DNA of 63,700 bases, filler included, from Octopus bimaculoides (GCF_001194135.2; 6 parts of 5 records of this genome joined end to end with filler, not necessarily neighbours in it), one strand, 5' to 3'. Positions 1 to 11,998 are shown, numbered from the whole stretch's first letter. Numbers and translations: made by a program. Notes: generated from the sequence alone by a model not told the origin.

Positions 1-290
1 GACGAGATTGAAAGGGCTGAAGACAAACCCTTTTCTCTTTGGCCAATCCTTGATCAATAAGGAAAGGAAAATAAGAGTATAGAGGGAAGTGTTGTCTTAT
101 AGCCAATTTGCTGAAAGGTGGGTGAAAGTGGCGAGAACGGGCCTGCCCTGAGCATACGCCTGTAGTTAAAAAGGAAATGAAAAAAGGTACCTGTTCCAAA
201 AGTTAGGGTACCCGTGGGTTTTTTATGGGGTTTTTCCATGAGCAGCCCTCGAATGTCTCCTCCCTATTGAGGATCACGCATTGTTGATTT
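1..290 (-). repeat. Unclassified interspersed repeat, second copy inverted at ~34770-34950
   Basis: Reverse complement reads TCCTCAATAGGGAGGAGACATTCGAGGGCTGCTCATGGAAAAACCCCATAAAAA...GGGTACCCT...CAGGTACC...GCGTATGCTCAGGGCAGGCCCG. This aligns by eye to TCCTCAATAGACAGGAGACATTAGAGGGTTGCTCATGGAAAATCCCCATAAAAA...GGGTACCCT...CAGGTGCC...GCGTATGTGCAGAGCAGGCCCG at ~34780-34925. Confidence 0.75.
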
Positions 291-663
291 TAAAATTTTT
301 TGTTGGTCTTGTTTACGCGCAAAACCCTCACAACAACACACACTCACACACATATACACACACATTCCTGATTTTGTCCTGTATTGTCCATAATGCTTTT
401 CTTAATGTAATCCCTTGTGGTTAATAAAGAAATCATTATTATTATTATTATTTTCATTTTTATTTCATTTATTTTATCTTATTTTTTTAATTTTCATTTT
501 TATTTATTTATTTTTTTATTTTTCATTTTTTAAATATTTTTGGCACCTAGCACGGATTATTTCACTTGGGGAATTTCGCTTCGATGATCTTAGTTGACAC
601 TGCTGACATTACCAACACAAACACCACCATACTACCATGTGTGTGTGAGCGAAGATAGTTTAG

Positions 664-1058
664 TTATCTTGTACCTGTTTCAGTCATTTGACTACAGCCA
701 TGCTGGGGCACCGCCTTGAAGAGTTTTAGTCGAACAAACTGACCCCAGGACTTTTCTTTTTTTAAGCCTAGTACTTATTCTATCGATATTGCTGAACTGC
801 TAAGTTACGGGTATATAAACACACCAACGCCGGTTGTCAAACGGTGATAGGTACAAGCACAGACACAGAAACACATACACATAGATACATACATATATAT
901 CGACGGGATTCCTTCAGGTTCCTTCTACCAAGTCCACTCACAAAGCTTTGCTTGGCCCGAGGCTATAAAAGAAGACACTTACACAAGTTGCCACGCAGTG
1001 AGACTGAACTCAGAACCAAGTGGTTGGGAAGCAAGCTTCCTACCACACAGCCGCGCCT
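664..1058 (-). mobile_element. tRNA-derived SINE, family C, with internal (CA/TA) microsatellite
   Basis: Minus-strand head AGGCGCGGCTGTGTGGTAGGAAG...GGTTCTGAGTTCAGTC has Pol III A/B-box-like motifs; tail is GGCGGTGCCCCAGCATGGCTGTAGTCAAATGACTGAAACAGG. Further copies occur at 22750, 26320, 35388, 38098 and 39995. Confidence 0.85.
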
Positions 1059-1103
1059 ATTTATTCTACTTTAATTCACGTTTTCTCTAGATTTTTAATA
1101 CAG

Positions 1104-1162
1104 GTGTATTTGAGAGTTATCAGAGAATACGTGAAAATCCTTCCATAGGATATACGAAGCAG
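1104..1162 (+). CDS. Isolated candidate internal exon (59 nt, GVFESYQRIRENPSIGYTKQ)
   Basis: Acceptor TTTTCTCTAGATTTTTAATACAG| and donor CAG|GTAAAG; only one of three frames is open. No homology recognised. Confidence 0.2.
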
Positions 1163-1745
1163 GTAAAGAATTACTGGAATGGAATTCCCCCAATTTAAAC
1201 TGCCTTATAGATGAGAAAGCTTCAACAACAGGTATCTTGCGTTACCTGCAAAAATGGCTGTCATAATCCTTGTTTCATCTCTTGTGACGTTACTCAACTT
1301 TCTGCAAAAAGCTAATTCAGAAAATAATGATAAAATATAAACAAAGTATTTGCTTCATCCTCACCATCAATATTATCACTCAACACATCCACCAGAAATT
1401 TCTAGAACATATACAAGCAAGAAAAAAAAAAAGGAAAGAAAAAGCGATTTACTATTGCAGTTAGAGAATATTTTCATCAAAATTTCGAAGCTGTATTTAG
1501 ATAACCGACCGTTTTTTTTTTTAATAAAATTGAATAAATGAATAAATGAATAATTAAGTAGATAAAGAAAGAAAGAAAAAAGAAAAATACTTTTATATCA
1601 GATGTTACTGTTGATGCCACTAGAGACGATACGAAACTCGATAGCACGTATTGGATTAACGATATCTTTCTGCATACAACTGGTATCAATCTAAAAACTA
1701 CTTAAGAAATACCTGCAGAACAGGTGATTTTGAAATTACTCATCA

Positions 1746-1847
1746 CACGCCACTCATGTGATTAAGAAAACCAGTGGAAAATATCAACCACCCACGGCAC
1801 TCATGTGATTAAGAAAACCAGTGGAAAATATCAACCACCCACGCCAC
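1746..1847. repeat. 47-bp tandem duplication (2.2 copies)
   Basis: CACG(C/G)CACTCATGTGATTAAGAAAACCAGTGGAAAATATCAACCACC at 1746 and 1793, then CACGCCAC at 1840. Confidence 0.95.
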
Positions 1848-1974
1848 AGAATCGTACATTTAGATAGTACCAAGACATGGAGGATGAACAATAAGTTCAC
1901 CAGAAACCAACTACATTTTATGGGGTGGAAGGATAGCTTACTAAACGATAACGGAGATTCTCCACCACACTTTT

Positions 1975-2341
1975 GTTGTTGTTGTTGGCACTCCGTCGCT
2001 TACGATCAACGGTACAGCCTGCTCGTGAAATTAACGTGCAAGTGGCTGAGCACTCCACAGACACATGTACCCTTAACGTAGTTCTCGTGGATATTCAGCG
2101 TGACAAAGTGTGACAAGGCTGACCCTTTGACTTACAGGCACAACAGAAACAGGAAATAAGAGTGAGAGAAAGTTGTGGTGAAAGAGTACAGCAGGGTTCG
2201 CCACCATCCCCTGCTGGAGCCTCGTGGAGCTTTAGGTGTTTTTGCTCAATAAACACTCACAACGCCCGGTCTGGGAATCGGAACCGCGATCCTATGACCG
2301 CGAGTCCGCTGCCCTAACCACTGGGCCATTGTGCCTCCACT
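1975..2341 (-). mobile_element. Full-length tRNA-derived SINE, family A, with 12-bp target-site duplication
   Basis: Head GTGGAGGCACAATGGCCCAGTGGTTAGGGCAGC...GGTTCCGATTCCC (A and B boxes); tail GACGGAGTGCC(AAC)n. TSD CACCACACTTTT at 1963-1974 and 2342-2353. Confidence 0.92.
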
Positions 2342-2524
2342 CACCACACTTTTAGCAGAAAATAAAGCATCGAAGATCTCCGGAGTGACTTCAATTTTTA
2401 TTCTTTTAATTTAAATGAATATATAGGTATGCATGTATATTTCGGAGGTGGACTCAGACCCGTCGCCAAACTTTGGTGCCTGGAGGTGCTTCAGAATATT
2501 CTGGGTTGGTACTAATTTGTAATA

Positions 2525-2662
2525 ATCTTTTCTGCTAAAGGCACAAGGCTTGAAATTTCGGGTGAGGGGGACTAGTCGATTACATCGACTCCAGTTTTTC
2601 ACTGATACTTAATTTTCGACCCCGAAAGGATGAAAGGCAAAGTCGACCCCGGCGAAATTTGT
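2525..2662 (-). mobile_element. SINE family B, 3' half
   Basis: Minus strand GGTCGACTTTGCCTTTCATCCTTTCGGGGTCGA...ACTGGAGTCGATGTAATCGACT...CCTTGTGCCTTTAGCAGAAAAG matches the full copy at 20864. Confidence 0.85.
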
Positions 2663-2879
2663 AAGAAATGCTAAAGTGGAGTTTCGAAATAAGTGTATCA
2701 CTTTGAATCTGAGGGTACACTATCGAATAGCGAAGGGAGTAGTGCTGTCCAGTGCACCCCCTCCCACATCCTTACCGACGGGCATGGACGGACTTGCCAA
2801 GCAAGTGATTTGATCTGAAACCTTGTGTTGTAACTAAAACAATTATAGTGCGGAAGATACTAGCCATTTAAAAATACAC

Positions 2880-3015
2880 ACTTGCGAACTCCACCGAAGC
2901 ATTTATCATCTGGTGTAAAAAGTTTCGTCGCGCCAAATAATAAATGTTTAAGTGAAGTTAATAGTGTTCGTGTGTTTTTGAATGGCTTCATGTCTTCCAC
3001 GCTGTAATTGTTTAT
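2880..3015 (+). mobile_element. Possible mariner/Tc1 5'-UTR remnant
   Basis: Contains CGTCGCGCCAAA and GTTCGTGTGTTTTTGAATGGC, resembling the leader before mariner start codons; no continuing ORF. Confidence 0.25.
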
Positions 3016-3239
3016 GCATATAAACGAGTATACAGTTAATAAAAGCGGTAGTAGTCGATTGAGTCGATTACTGTACAGCCATAGAATAGACTTTAACTAT
3101 CACAGCAGGATTTTAAATTCATATGTAAAGAAAAAGAAAAAATTAACGGGTGTTAGGATTTAATCTGGCATTCGAACATTCCCGACATTCAACTTTATCC
3201 AATTCTTACAGTCTCTGTTTCTCTCTCTGTCATCCGTAC

Positions 3240-3346
3240 TGTCTGTCTGTCTATCTGTCTGTCTATTTGTCTGTCTATCTGTCTGTTTGTCTGTCTGTCA
3301 GTCTGTCTGCCTGTCTGTCTCTCTCTCTGTCTGTCTCTTTCTCTCT

Positions 3347-3407
<61 letters not shown>

Positions 3408-3570
3408 GTACGTTTATGTATGAGTGCGTGTGTGTGTATGAGTGCGTGTGTGTATATATATATTTATATGTATATGTATACACACTTACAAGCACGAACG
3501 TACACGTGCGCGCACACACACACACGCACACACATACACAGAGACACATACACGAACAAATATATACATA
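3240..3570. repeat. Compound microsatellite (TCTG)n-(TC)n-(TG/TA)n-(CA)n
   Basis: Directly visible; explains ORFs 3150, 3287 and 3298. Confidence 0.95.
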
Positions 3571-3744
3571 TACATGTAGGCTTTTATGTGTTACGAGGCG
3601 TTACGTTCAAGAAAAATTTGTCGTAACGTGAGATCTCTTCGCCGAATAAATATACCATTGACTTCCATATATCATGGAAATCAATGTGAAATAGACTTTC
3701 TACTGACGGAATTTCATGTTACGGCAGCGTGAGGTGGCTGTATG

Positions 3745-3870
3745 TATGTATGTATGTATGTATTTCTAGTGTCTCTAGACATTGCATCACAGACAGNNNN
3801 NNNNNNGCCGGTTTCTAACCTAGACAAAAATTCCTTCATTGGAATTTCAAAAACATCAACAGGATATTTT

Positions 3871-3902
<32 letters not shown>

Positions 3903-5330
3903 TGTATGTATATGTGTGTGTATGCATGTGTATGTATGCTTGTATGTATGTATGTATGTATATGTACAGATTTGTATGTTTTATTTTATGTCCGTATTCT
4001 CATGCATGTCTAAACATGCTCATATATACTTAAATGATAAACTTCTGGAAAGTTTTACAGATTTTTACAGTTTCGGTTTTGGTTTGTATCTGTAGTTTTC
4101 GAATCAGCTTTCTCCTTTTTGGTTTTGAGAAGCCTAATTTCTCAAGATTGGTATTTAGGCAGTGTGTTACATATACCAGTGCTTTAATAATTACAGGTAT
4201 GAACCTGAACTTATAATCTGGATAAAGTAACTGCAGATTTCTCAATAGCTCAGCGTAGGTTTTCTCTGATTCACTAATCTTCAGCTTTAAGCTAACATCC
4301 GCTGAACAGCTGATTTCCACAACTGTGCACAGTTTTTCTTCTCTATCCCAAATCATTATATCAGGTCTATTGTGTTTACACTTTATTACGTTTTCACTGG
4401 TATATTCCACCAGTACTCCCCTTTATTACGAGTGGCTATGACTTCCACCACACTGTGGGTTCTTATTTCTTTGTTCTTGAGGTTATCCTTTCCACGGATC
4501 TCGTTATACAGTATCCTAACTACATCATGTCCCATCGGTGGGTAATACCGTAATGACATTTTCAGACAACTGCTATTGATGTGGGTGATATCTTCAGTGT
4601 TTTAACTACACAAAGTCTGCATCGGTTGTCACATTTTACTGCTTTTCCTGCATCTCTGTTCTTTTTGCGCATCAGTTATTTGGTTCATATTTCCTGTTCC
4701 TGGATTGCAAACGCATACTCTTCAAAGTAGGAAGTAGTAATCCGGTTGTTGTTCCAGTATAGACTGCTTTGTTGATCAATGTTACTATCATCTCTGAGCT
4801 TTCTATTAACATATGCATACATGGTCTTCTGCTCATATACGCTCATTCATTCATCTGATGATATGATGCGATAGAACTGTGCGACTCCTTTGGGTGTGTA
4901 TTTAAGGTTATCAGACAAAGAATGCTGCTCAAGGAGCTGTCTTCCAAGTCTTACGATGTTATCAGCCACATGTGTGCAAGTTTGGTCAAGAGATGCACTT
5001 CGACACTTGGTGGTCAAAAAATGTTGTCGAAGGGATATGATACGACATTTAAAGGCAGTTTGTATATATGTATGTGCGTATGTATGTATGTATGTATGTA
5101 TGTATGTATGTATGTATGTATGTATGTATGTATGTATGTATGTATGCATGTGAGAGACCTTTACTTTTTGTTCAGGCATCCCACTAGAGGAAGATTCTGA
5201 ACACCCGCCTCATTGCGAAAATGGGGATCTTCTTGCTTATGTAGGTGAAAGTCTGAGTGGTGTTGTATAAGCTGCTATACACGCTGTTACTGCCTTAACA
5301 TTTCAGGACGGAGATTGCTGACAGCCATTG
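3745..5330 (-). mobile_element. R4/Dong-clade non-LTR retrotransposon, 3' part (RT thumb, CCHC knuckle, RLE endonuclease, 3' UTR), pseudogenised
   Basis: Minus-strand frames give EYAFAIQEQEI, CDNRCRLC...EDITHINSSC (CCHC), and EYWWNIP..KCKHNRPDIMIWDREEKLCTVVEISC (PD..D/E restriction-like nuclease), ending VKICKTFQKFII*. Frameshifts and (TATG)n interruptions are present; the 3' end abuts (CATA)n. Confidence 0.88.
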
Positions 5331-6289
5331 TCTTCAATATCTAGGATAAGATAATTTGTCAGTTATGGTCACACTCGTCTACGACTTGACAGCTGTTTTT
5401 ACATGACTGTAAGTAGTTATCGTAACTTCATATTTTCCGACGCTACTCTGTCTCTTTCTCTTTCTCTTCCTCTATCATTTTTTCCCCCTCTCGTTCTTCC
5501 TCTTTACTACTACGTATCTCGCTTTACCCCTCTTGTTCTTCCTCTGCTACGGCTACGTATCTCTTTTTTTCCCCTCGTACTTCCTCTCTTTCTCTTTTCC
5601 TCTCGTTGCTCACCTGTTCTTCTACTTCCTCCCTTTGTTTCTCCCTCTACCACTCTCTCTCTTCCCCTTACACCGGCATGGTCAGATGCTTCCGGTCAAT
5701 AATCTTTTTCTTCCTTGGCTATCGCCGAGCAAACACGCGAGCTACTTCGTCCCTACTTTCAAGTTCGTGCCTCACAGCGTTCATACACACATAATTTTTC
5801 TCATCTGGCCGTAAAGNNNNNNNNNNNNNNNNNNNNNNNNNNNNNNNNNNNNNNNNNNNNNNNNNNNNNNNNNNNNNNNNNNNNNNNNNNNNNNNNNNNN
5901 NNNNNNNNNNNNNNNNNNNNNNNNNNNNNNNNNNNNNNNNNNNNNNNNNNNNNNNNNNNNNNNNNNNNNNNNNNNNNNNNNNNNNNNNNNNNNNNNNNNN
6001 NNNNNNNNNNNNNNNNNNNNNNNNNNNNNNNNNNNNNNNNNNNNNNNNNNNNNNNNNNNNNNNNNNNNNNNNNNNNNNNNNNNNNNNNNNNNNNNNNNNN
6101 NNNNNNNNNNNNNNNNNNNNNNNNNNNNNNNNNNNNNNNNNNNNNNNNNNNNNNNNNNNNNNNNNNNNNNNNNNNNNNNNNNNNNNNNNNNNNNNNNNNN
6201 NNNNNNNNNNNNNNNNNNNNNNNNNNNNNNNNNNNNNNNNNNNNNNNNNNNNNNNNNNNNNNNNNNNNNNNNNNNNNNNNNNNNNNNNN

Positions 6290-6325
<36 letters not shown>

Positions 6326-6371
6326 CGTATATGTATTATGTGAATGTATGTATATATGTATGTAAGTATGT

Positions 6372-6835
6372 TTCCATGATGGATCCCTCCTCTTTTTTTT
6401 CTTCGTAATAGTGGTGGGGTTAGCCAAGTTATTCCCGCTTCCATGACACGGTGAAAGAGTTGGTATGACGTAACCAATGGCAGAGTTCCCAACTAATTCG
6501 ACAAGGGAACGTGACCTTTAACTCTAAGTACCCAAATTTATAGAGTATATTTGTGTGTTTATATATGTGTTTTGCCTGTATGTATGTATGTATGTATGTA
6601 TGTATAAATGTATTTATGTGTATATTTTCATTGCATATATCAATACTTATGTGTTTGAGCGTGCGCGTGTATATGACATCCCCCCCTTCCCCACCTCTTC
6701 TTCGTAATGATTCTGGGACCAATTGAAGTAGGAAAGCTATTCCCACTTCTATGACATGGTGAAGGAATTGGTGAGACCATCTCATAAGGGAACATGACCT
6801 TTCACTTCAAGCACCCAAATTTAACACACACTGTA
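6372..6835. repeat. Diverged local tandem duplication (~170 bp x2) separated by microsatellite
   Basis: Copies at ~6372-6545 and ~6672-6835 share CTTCGTAAT, TATTCCC(G/A)CTTC(C/T)ATGACA(C/T)GGTGAA, AAGGGAAC(G/A)TGACCTTT and ACCCAAATTTA in the same order. Confidence 0.75.
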
Positions 6836-7673
6836 TACACACATGCATATACATGCACACATAGACATACACACACACACACACACCNNNNNNNNNNNNN
6901 NNNNNNNNNNNNNNNNNNNNNNNNNNNNNNNNNNNNNNNNNNNNNNNNNNNNNNNNNNNNNNNNNNNNNNNNNNNNNNNNNNNNNNNNNNNNNNNNNNNN
7001 NNNNNNNNNNNNNNNNNNNNNNNNNNNNNNNNNNNNNNNNNNNNNNNNNNNNNNNNNNNNNNNNNNNNNNNNNNNNNNNNNNNNNNNNNNNNNNNNNNNN
7101 NNNNNNNNNNNNNNNNNNNNNNNNNNNNNNNNNNNNNNNNNNNNNNNNNNNNNNNNNNNNNNNNNNNNNNNNNNNNNNNNNNNNNNNNNNNNNNNNNNNN
7201 NNNNNNNNNNNNNNNNNNNNNNNNNNNNNNNNNNNNNNNNNNNNNNNNNNNNNNNNNNNNNNNNNNNNNNNNNNNNNNNNNNNNNNNNNNNNNNNNNNNN
7301 NNNNNNNNNNNNNNNNNNNNNNNNNNNNNNNNNNNNNNNNNNNNNNNNNNNNNNNNNNNNNNNNNNNNNNNNNNNNNNNNNNNNNNNNNNNNNNNNNNNN
7401 NNNNNNNNNNNNNNNNNNNNNNNNNNNNNNNNNNNNNNNNNNNNNNNNNNNNNNNNNNNNNNNNNNNNNNNNNNNNNNNNNNNNNNNNNNNNNNNNNNNN
7501 NNNNNNNNNNNNNNNNNNNNNNNNNNNNNNNNNNNNNNNNNNNNNNNNNNNNNNNNNNNNNNNNNNNNNNNNNNNNNNNNNNNNNNNNNNNNNNNNNNNN
7601 NNNNNNNNNNNNNNNNNNNNNNNNNNNNNNNNNNNNNNNNNNNNNNNNNNNNNNNNNNNNNNNNNNNNNNNNN

Positions 7674-7710
<37 letters not shown>

Positions 7711-9221
7711 CACATGTGTGTGTATGTGTGTGCGTGTGTGTGTATATGTGAATGGGAAGAAAAACACATAACAAAGAAAAAAGAGAAGGGAAGGAAAAAG
7801 AAAGAAAGAACGAAAGAAAGGAAGGAAATGGTAATTATAAGCGTAGAGATATAGATAGTAAGAAAGAAAGAAGTGCAGAAGAAACAAACAAAATAAAAAC
7901 CAAATGAGAGTGAGGAAAAAGAAAAGGAAAAAGAATTTAATTGCAAGTTTAATATTTATGATATTTCAGTCTTGAAAAATTGTCATCTGGTTCACTAGAA
8001 AATTCGAACTTAAGAAATCTGCAGCACTATTGATCCAGAAAATTAATGTCAATCACAGAGAATTATTTTTGTTCATTAATTGTAGTTATACCAGAAGCTT
8101 TTAGTAAAGTGATTAAAAAAAAAAACAGGAAATTTTCAAAATCCTCTTGAGAAAAGAATTCTCTCTCTCTCTACATACAAACTACTGACCACCTACAAAC
8201 CCAACGAAATCACCTGATGGCTCTTATATTTCATGACAGAATAACTTCCTTTTTGTGCACTTTGTGGAAAATAAAGAATTAACAGTAATAACGTCAGTGA
8301 AAAATAAATATTAAGTAAATTGCCTTTACATATTTATCACTATCAGTTACAAGCCCGATATCACAAAATGCGTCTGAATAAACATCACTGGACAGCAAAT
8401 AGAGACTCGGACATTGCTTAGAAGATATTTTTCATTTCTAACCTTGTATATGGTACGCACTAGGGATTTTGACCTTTAAATTTTGGGAAAGAAAATGCGG
8501 ATTATACTCGAGGATTTACGGTATATTATCTAATGAATCCTAGTGTCTTAATTGAAGACGATAAGATTTGATTTCAGAGATATTTGGCAGCTACTTCAAG
8601 CATATCGAACAACCATATTGAGGTTCCTTTTATTGGTTCGAGATAGATGATAGTGATGGCCTTAGATGTTTTCAAGTGTATATATATGATGTCAACTGGC
8701 TTTAAAGTGTTTCAGTTTTTAAATTTTTCCATTGCTTTTATACTGTCTGAAGGAAGGAAGTAATCAAGATAGTGGTGGAGGATATAAATTTTTTGTCCCG
8801 TTTATCTGTCTTCACTGTGAGGTTTTGCATGAATGATTTTCGAAAAACGTCTAATAATAGGTTTTGCATGGCGTAGCAATTTGAGTATTTCATTTGCGAT
8901 AGATAATTTTATATGGGGCATGGTGTGGCTGTTGCTGTTGTCAATATTGATGCTAAATATTTTACTTAAATTTTTACAATTAGTTTTCTGGTTTGTTTCA
9001 GAAATAAATGCATCGTAGTTTTCTGAAATTCCATGAGTCATTTATGTTCTTCTTTCTTTGTTTATTTGTTTGATGCTGAGATTTTGTGTCCTATTTTATG
9101 AGGTTGTCTATTTCTAGTAGTAGTAATAATGGTAGCAGCAGCAGTAGTAGTAGTAGTAGCAACAACAACAGTAGCAACTGCAGCAGTAGAAGAAGAAGAA
9201 GAAGAAGAAGAAGAAGAGATA

Positions 9222-9366
9222 ACAATCCTTTCTGCTAAAGGCACAAGGCCTGAAAGGGGGAATCATTTACATCGACCCCAGAATTCGAACTCAGAACGTA
9301 AGGACAGACGAAATACCGTTAAGCATTTCGCCCGGCGTGCTAACGATTCTGCCAGCGCGCCGCCTT
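9222..9366 (-). mobile_element. SINE family B with internal deletion of the central domain
   Basis: Head GGCGGCGCGCTGGCAGAATCGTTAGCACGCCGGGCGAAATGCTT...GAGTTCGAATTC joins directly to TGGGGTCGATG and lacks the GCCTTTCATCCTTTCGGGG block. Confidence 0.85.
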
Positions 9367-9370
9367 ACAC

Positions 9371-9413
<43 letters not shown>

Positions 9414-9416
<3 letters not shown>

Positions 9417-9849
9417 TCTTGGTATAAAAGATGGGTTACAGCAAATATTCTGCTTAATACCACAGATTTGCTTGTCAGTTGTTTGACCTTNNNNNNNNNN
9501 AATAATGTCTTGGTATAAAAGATGGGTTACAGCAAATATTCTGCTTAATACCACAGATTTGCTTGTCAGTTGTTTGACCTTAACCAGTTGAACATGTCCC
9601 TTGGTGGCTGACGATATGTGCATCTCTGATCATGAGCAGAAATAGTGGGGGAGCATCATAGCCATATGTTGAGGGGAATTCTTTGGGGTCTGAATAATTC
9701 ACTTTTGGAAACATGGGTGTTTTACTCAACGTCCTTAAACAAACCTTATTCAGAGACTTTTTGAGCGGGATGGGCTTCTCGACCTGAAGAAAATTCTAAC
9801 TGGGCCCCACCTGCGAGGTCATGCGCTGTTTCTCTTGATATGAGATCAC
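9414..9849. repeat. Non-coding interspersed repeat embedded in (AAT)n, possibly a UTR of a TAA-targeting LINE
   Basis: Complex sequence bracketed by (AAT)n at 9371-9413 and 9860-9882. The first 80 bp are repeated across a 10-N gap, which is an artefact. Confidence 0.5.
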
Positions 9850-10555
9850 NNNNNNNNNNATAATAATAATAATAATAATAATACAGGTTAGAACCGGGAA
9901 GATTAAAACCAAATTCGAACAAGAAGACGAGAATTGAAATAGGATGTATTCTGAATTTTATAATCACAGATGCTAGTAGTCACCAAGCGAAGCAAAAGGA
10001 CAAATGAATGTGATGTAGAGTTGGGGTAGTAGATGAAGCTTCGAGTGTTGTTGCGTAACTTGATGTGGACATGTGAAACACTTTGCGGCGTGACATTTGC
10101 AAATAACTTTTTAAACAAATGTCAGAGCAAGAGGATTTATGCTTCACCAACAAAGAGACAACAAATTTTACATGGAAACTAACAGAACACAGTAATAAAT
10201 GAATTGCCTATCAAATCTATTCTTGAAATAAGAGCTTACTAGTGAATTTCGGTGCTTTTTATTTTTTTAAACTAGTAGTTTGGTCTATCCGTATACAGTT
10301 CCCTGTGTACTATTTAGCAAATCGCTCACATATTTACACCAGTCTCTGTTACACAAACGTAGTCTCTCGTTTCTGTCATTTCTACCGCAAATACAGTATT
10401 TTCTACTCCTTGGATTCGTTGTGGTTTTCGTGTCACTTCCACAACGACGCTCCCAGCCTGCTTTCTTTGTTTTTTCTTCTTTGTTTTTTCAGTCCTGTAT
10501 CAACTAGTATGCCGAACCCTTTCTTCCTAGAATGCTGGCCCTTGGAATTCACTTC

Positions 10556-11495
10556 TGTGAACCTGCTTTTCCTGCAGCCGTCGATTTGAAATTGTTCAAG
10601 AGGAACATTAGCGATGTCAATCTCACCAGTCTCGGAAAGCCTGCGAATGCGAAAGACATAGTCCCTTCTTTCAAACCAAACCAATGAAATAACAATTTAA
10701 GTAATATAATTCACACCTTCACACACACACACANNNNNNNNNNNNNNNNNNNNNNNNNNNNNNNNNNNNNNNNNNNNNNNNNNNNNNNNNNNNNNNNNNN
10801 NNNNNNNNNNNNNNNNNNNNNNNNNNNNNNNNNNNNNNNNNNNNNNNNNNNNNNNNNNNNNNNNNNNNNNNNNNNNNNNNNNNNNNNNNNNNNNNNNNNN
10901 NNNNNNNNNNNNNNNNNNNNNNNNNNNNNNNNNNNNNNNNNNNNNNNNNNNNNNNNNNNNNNNNNNNNNNNNNNNNNNNNNNNNNNNNNNNNNNNNNNNN
11001 NNNNNNNNNNNNNNNNNNNNNNNNNNNNNNNNNNNNNNNNNNNNNNNNNNNNNNNNNNNNNNNNNNNNNNNNNNNNNNNNNNNNNNNNNNNNNNNNNNNN
11101 NNNNNNNNNNNNNNNNNNNNNNNNNNNNNNNNNNNNNNNNNNNNNNNNNNNNNNNNNNNNNNNNNNNNNNNNNNNNNNNNNNNNNNNNNNNNNNNNNNNN
11201 NNNNNNNNNNNNNNNNNNNNNNNNNNNNNNNNNNNNNNNNNNNNNNNNNNNNNNNNNNNNNNNNNNNNNNNNNNNNNNNNNNNNNNNNNNNNNNNNNNNN
11301 NNNNNNNNNNNNNNNNNNNNNNNNNNNNNNTGTGAACCTGCTTTTCCTGCAGCCGTCGATTTGAAATTGTTCAAGAGGAACATTAGCGATGTCAATCTCA
11401 CCAGTCTCGGAAAGCCTGCGAATGTTATAGATATAGTCCCTTCTTTCAAACCAAACGAATGAAATAACAATTTAAGTAATAAAATTCACACCTGC
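10556..11495. repeat. Near-identical ~165 bp block on both sides of an N-gap (10556-10720 and 11331-11495)
   Basis: Identical except for a cluster GCGAAAGAC vs GTTATAGAT and a few single changes. Confidence 0.9.
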
Positions 11496-11589
11496 ATGCA
11501 CACACAGACACACGCGCGCGCACATATGTATTTGTATATGTATGTGTATGTGAGAGTGTGTGTGCGTATGTATGTGTCTCTTTTATTTT

Positions 11590-11732
11590 TTAAGTATTAT
11601 AAAATCTTCCACTGAGGAGGGAGCCGGTTTCCAACAAAGATACAAGGCTCCATCTTTGGGATGTAGTTAAGACAGACAAATTCACCTTTCGAACTTGAGA
11701 AAAGTCTTGCATATTTTTACTATTCCACTCAC

Positions 11733-11735
<3 letters not shown>
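11590..11735 (-). mobile_element. Extreme 3' end of a 5'-truncated R4/Dong LINE (related subfamily)
   Basis: Minus strand encodes GIVKICKTFLKFER*, matching VKICKTFQKFII* at 4030, followed by a 3' UTR with the stem GGAGCC..GGCTCC. (TACA)n-like repeats lie on both sides. Confidence 0.75.
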
Positions 11736-11763
<28 letters not shown>

Positions 11764-11998
11764 TGTATGTATGATCACTTGTGGCTCTGAGTCAGAAAAC
11801 AAAGGGAATTCCACTATGCACTCAACTGTGAAAATAATAATAATTCTTCACACTCATCAGATCCACAGCTTGCTAATCTGATGATTGTAAGTCATTATTA
11901 TTACTTTCGTACGAAACATCGAATCATGGCAATCATTAGTATGATCATCATCACACTATATTTTATATACATTCATACGCGGACGTGCACACACAATT

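Noticed and set aside
1746-1847. 47-bp direct repeats as a CRISPR-like array
   Set aside because: The copies are adjacent with no spacers, there are only two units, the context is eukaryotic and no cas genes are present.
2240-2341. tRNA gene
   Set aside because: A/B boxes are present, but the cloverleaf is incomplete and runs into a SINE body with a TSD, so it is a SINE head. The same holds for the other tRNA-like heads.
8802-9041. 79-aa minus-strand ORF MTHGISENYD...
   Set aside because: No recognisable domain; AT-rich composition; length compatible with chance in a 64 kb window.
9411-9580. Apparent 80-bp tandem repeat
   Set aside because: Identical sequence on both sides of a 10-N gap indicates an unmerged contig overlap; the same applies to the 25-bp duplicate at 17489-17548.
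10032-10182. Short ORF MKLRVLLRNLMW...KR...KR... as a neuropeptide precursor
   Set aside because: Only 49 aa, no convincing hydrophobic signal core and no repeated or amidated peptide motif.
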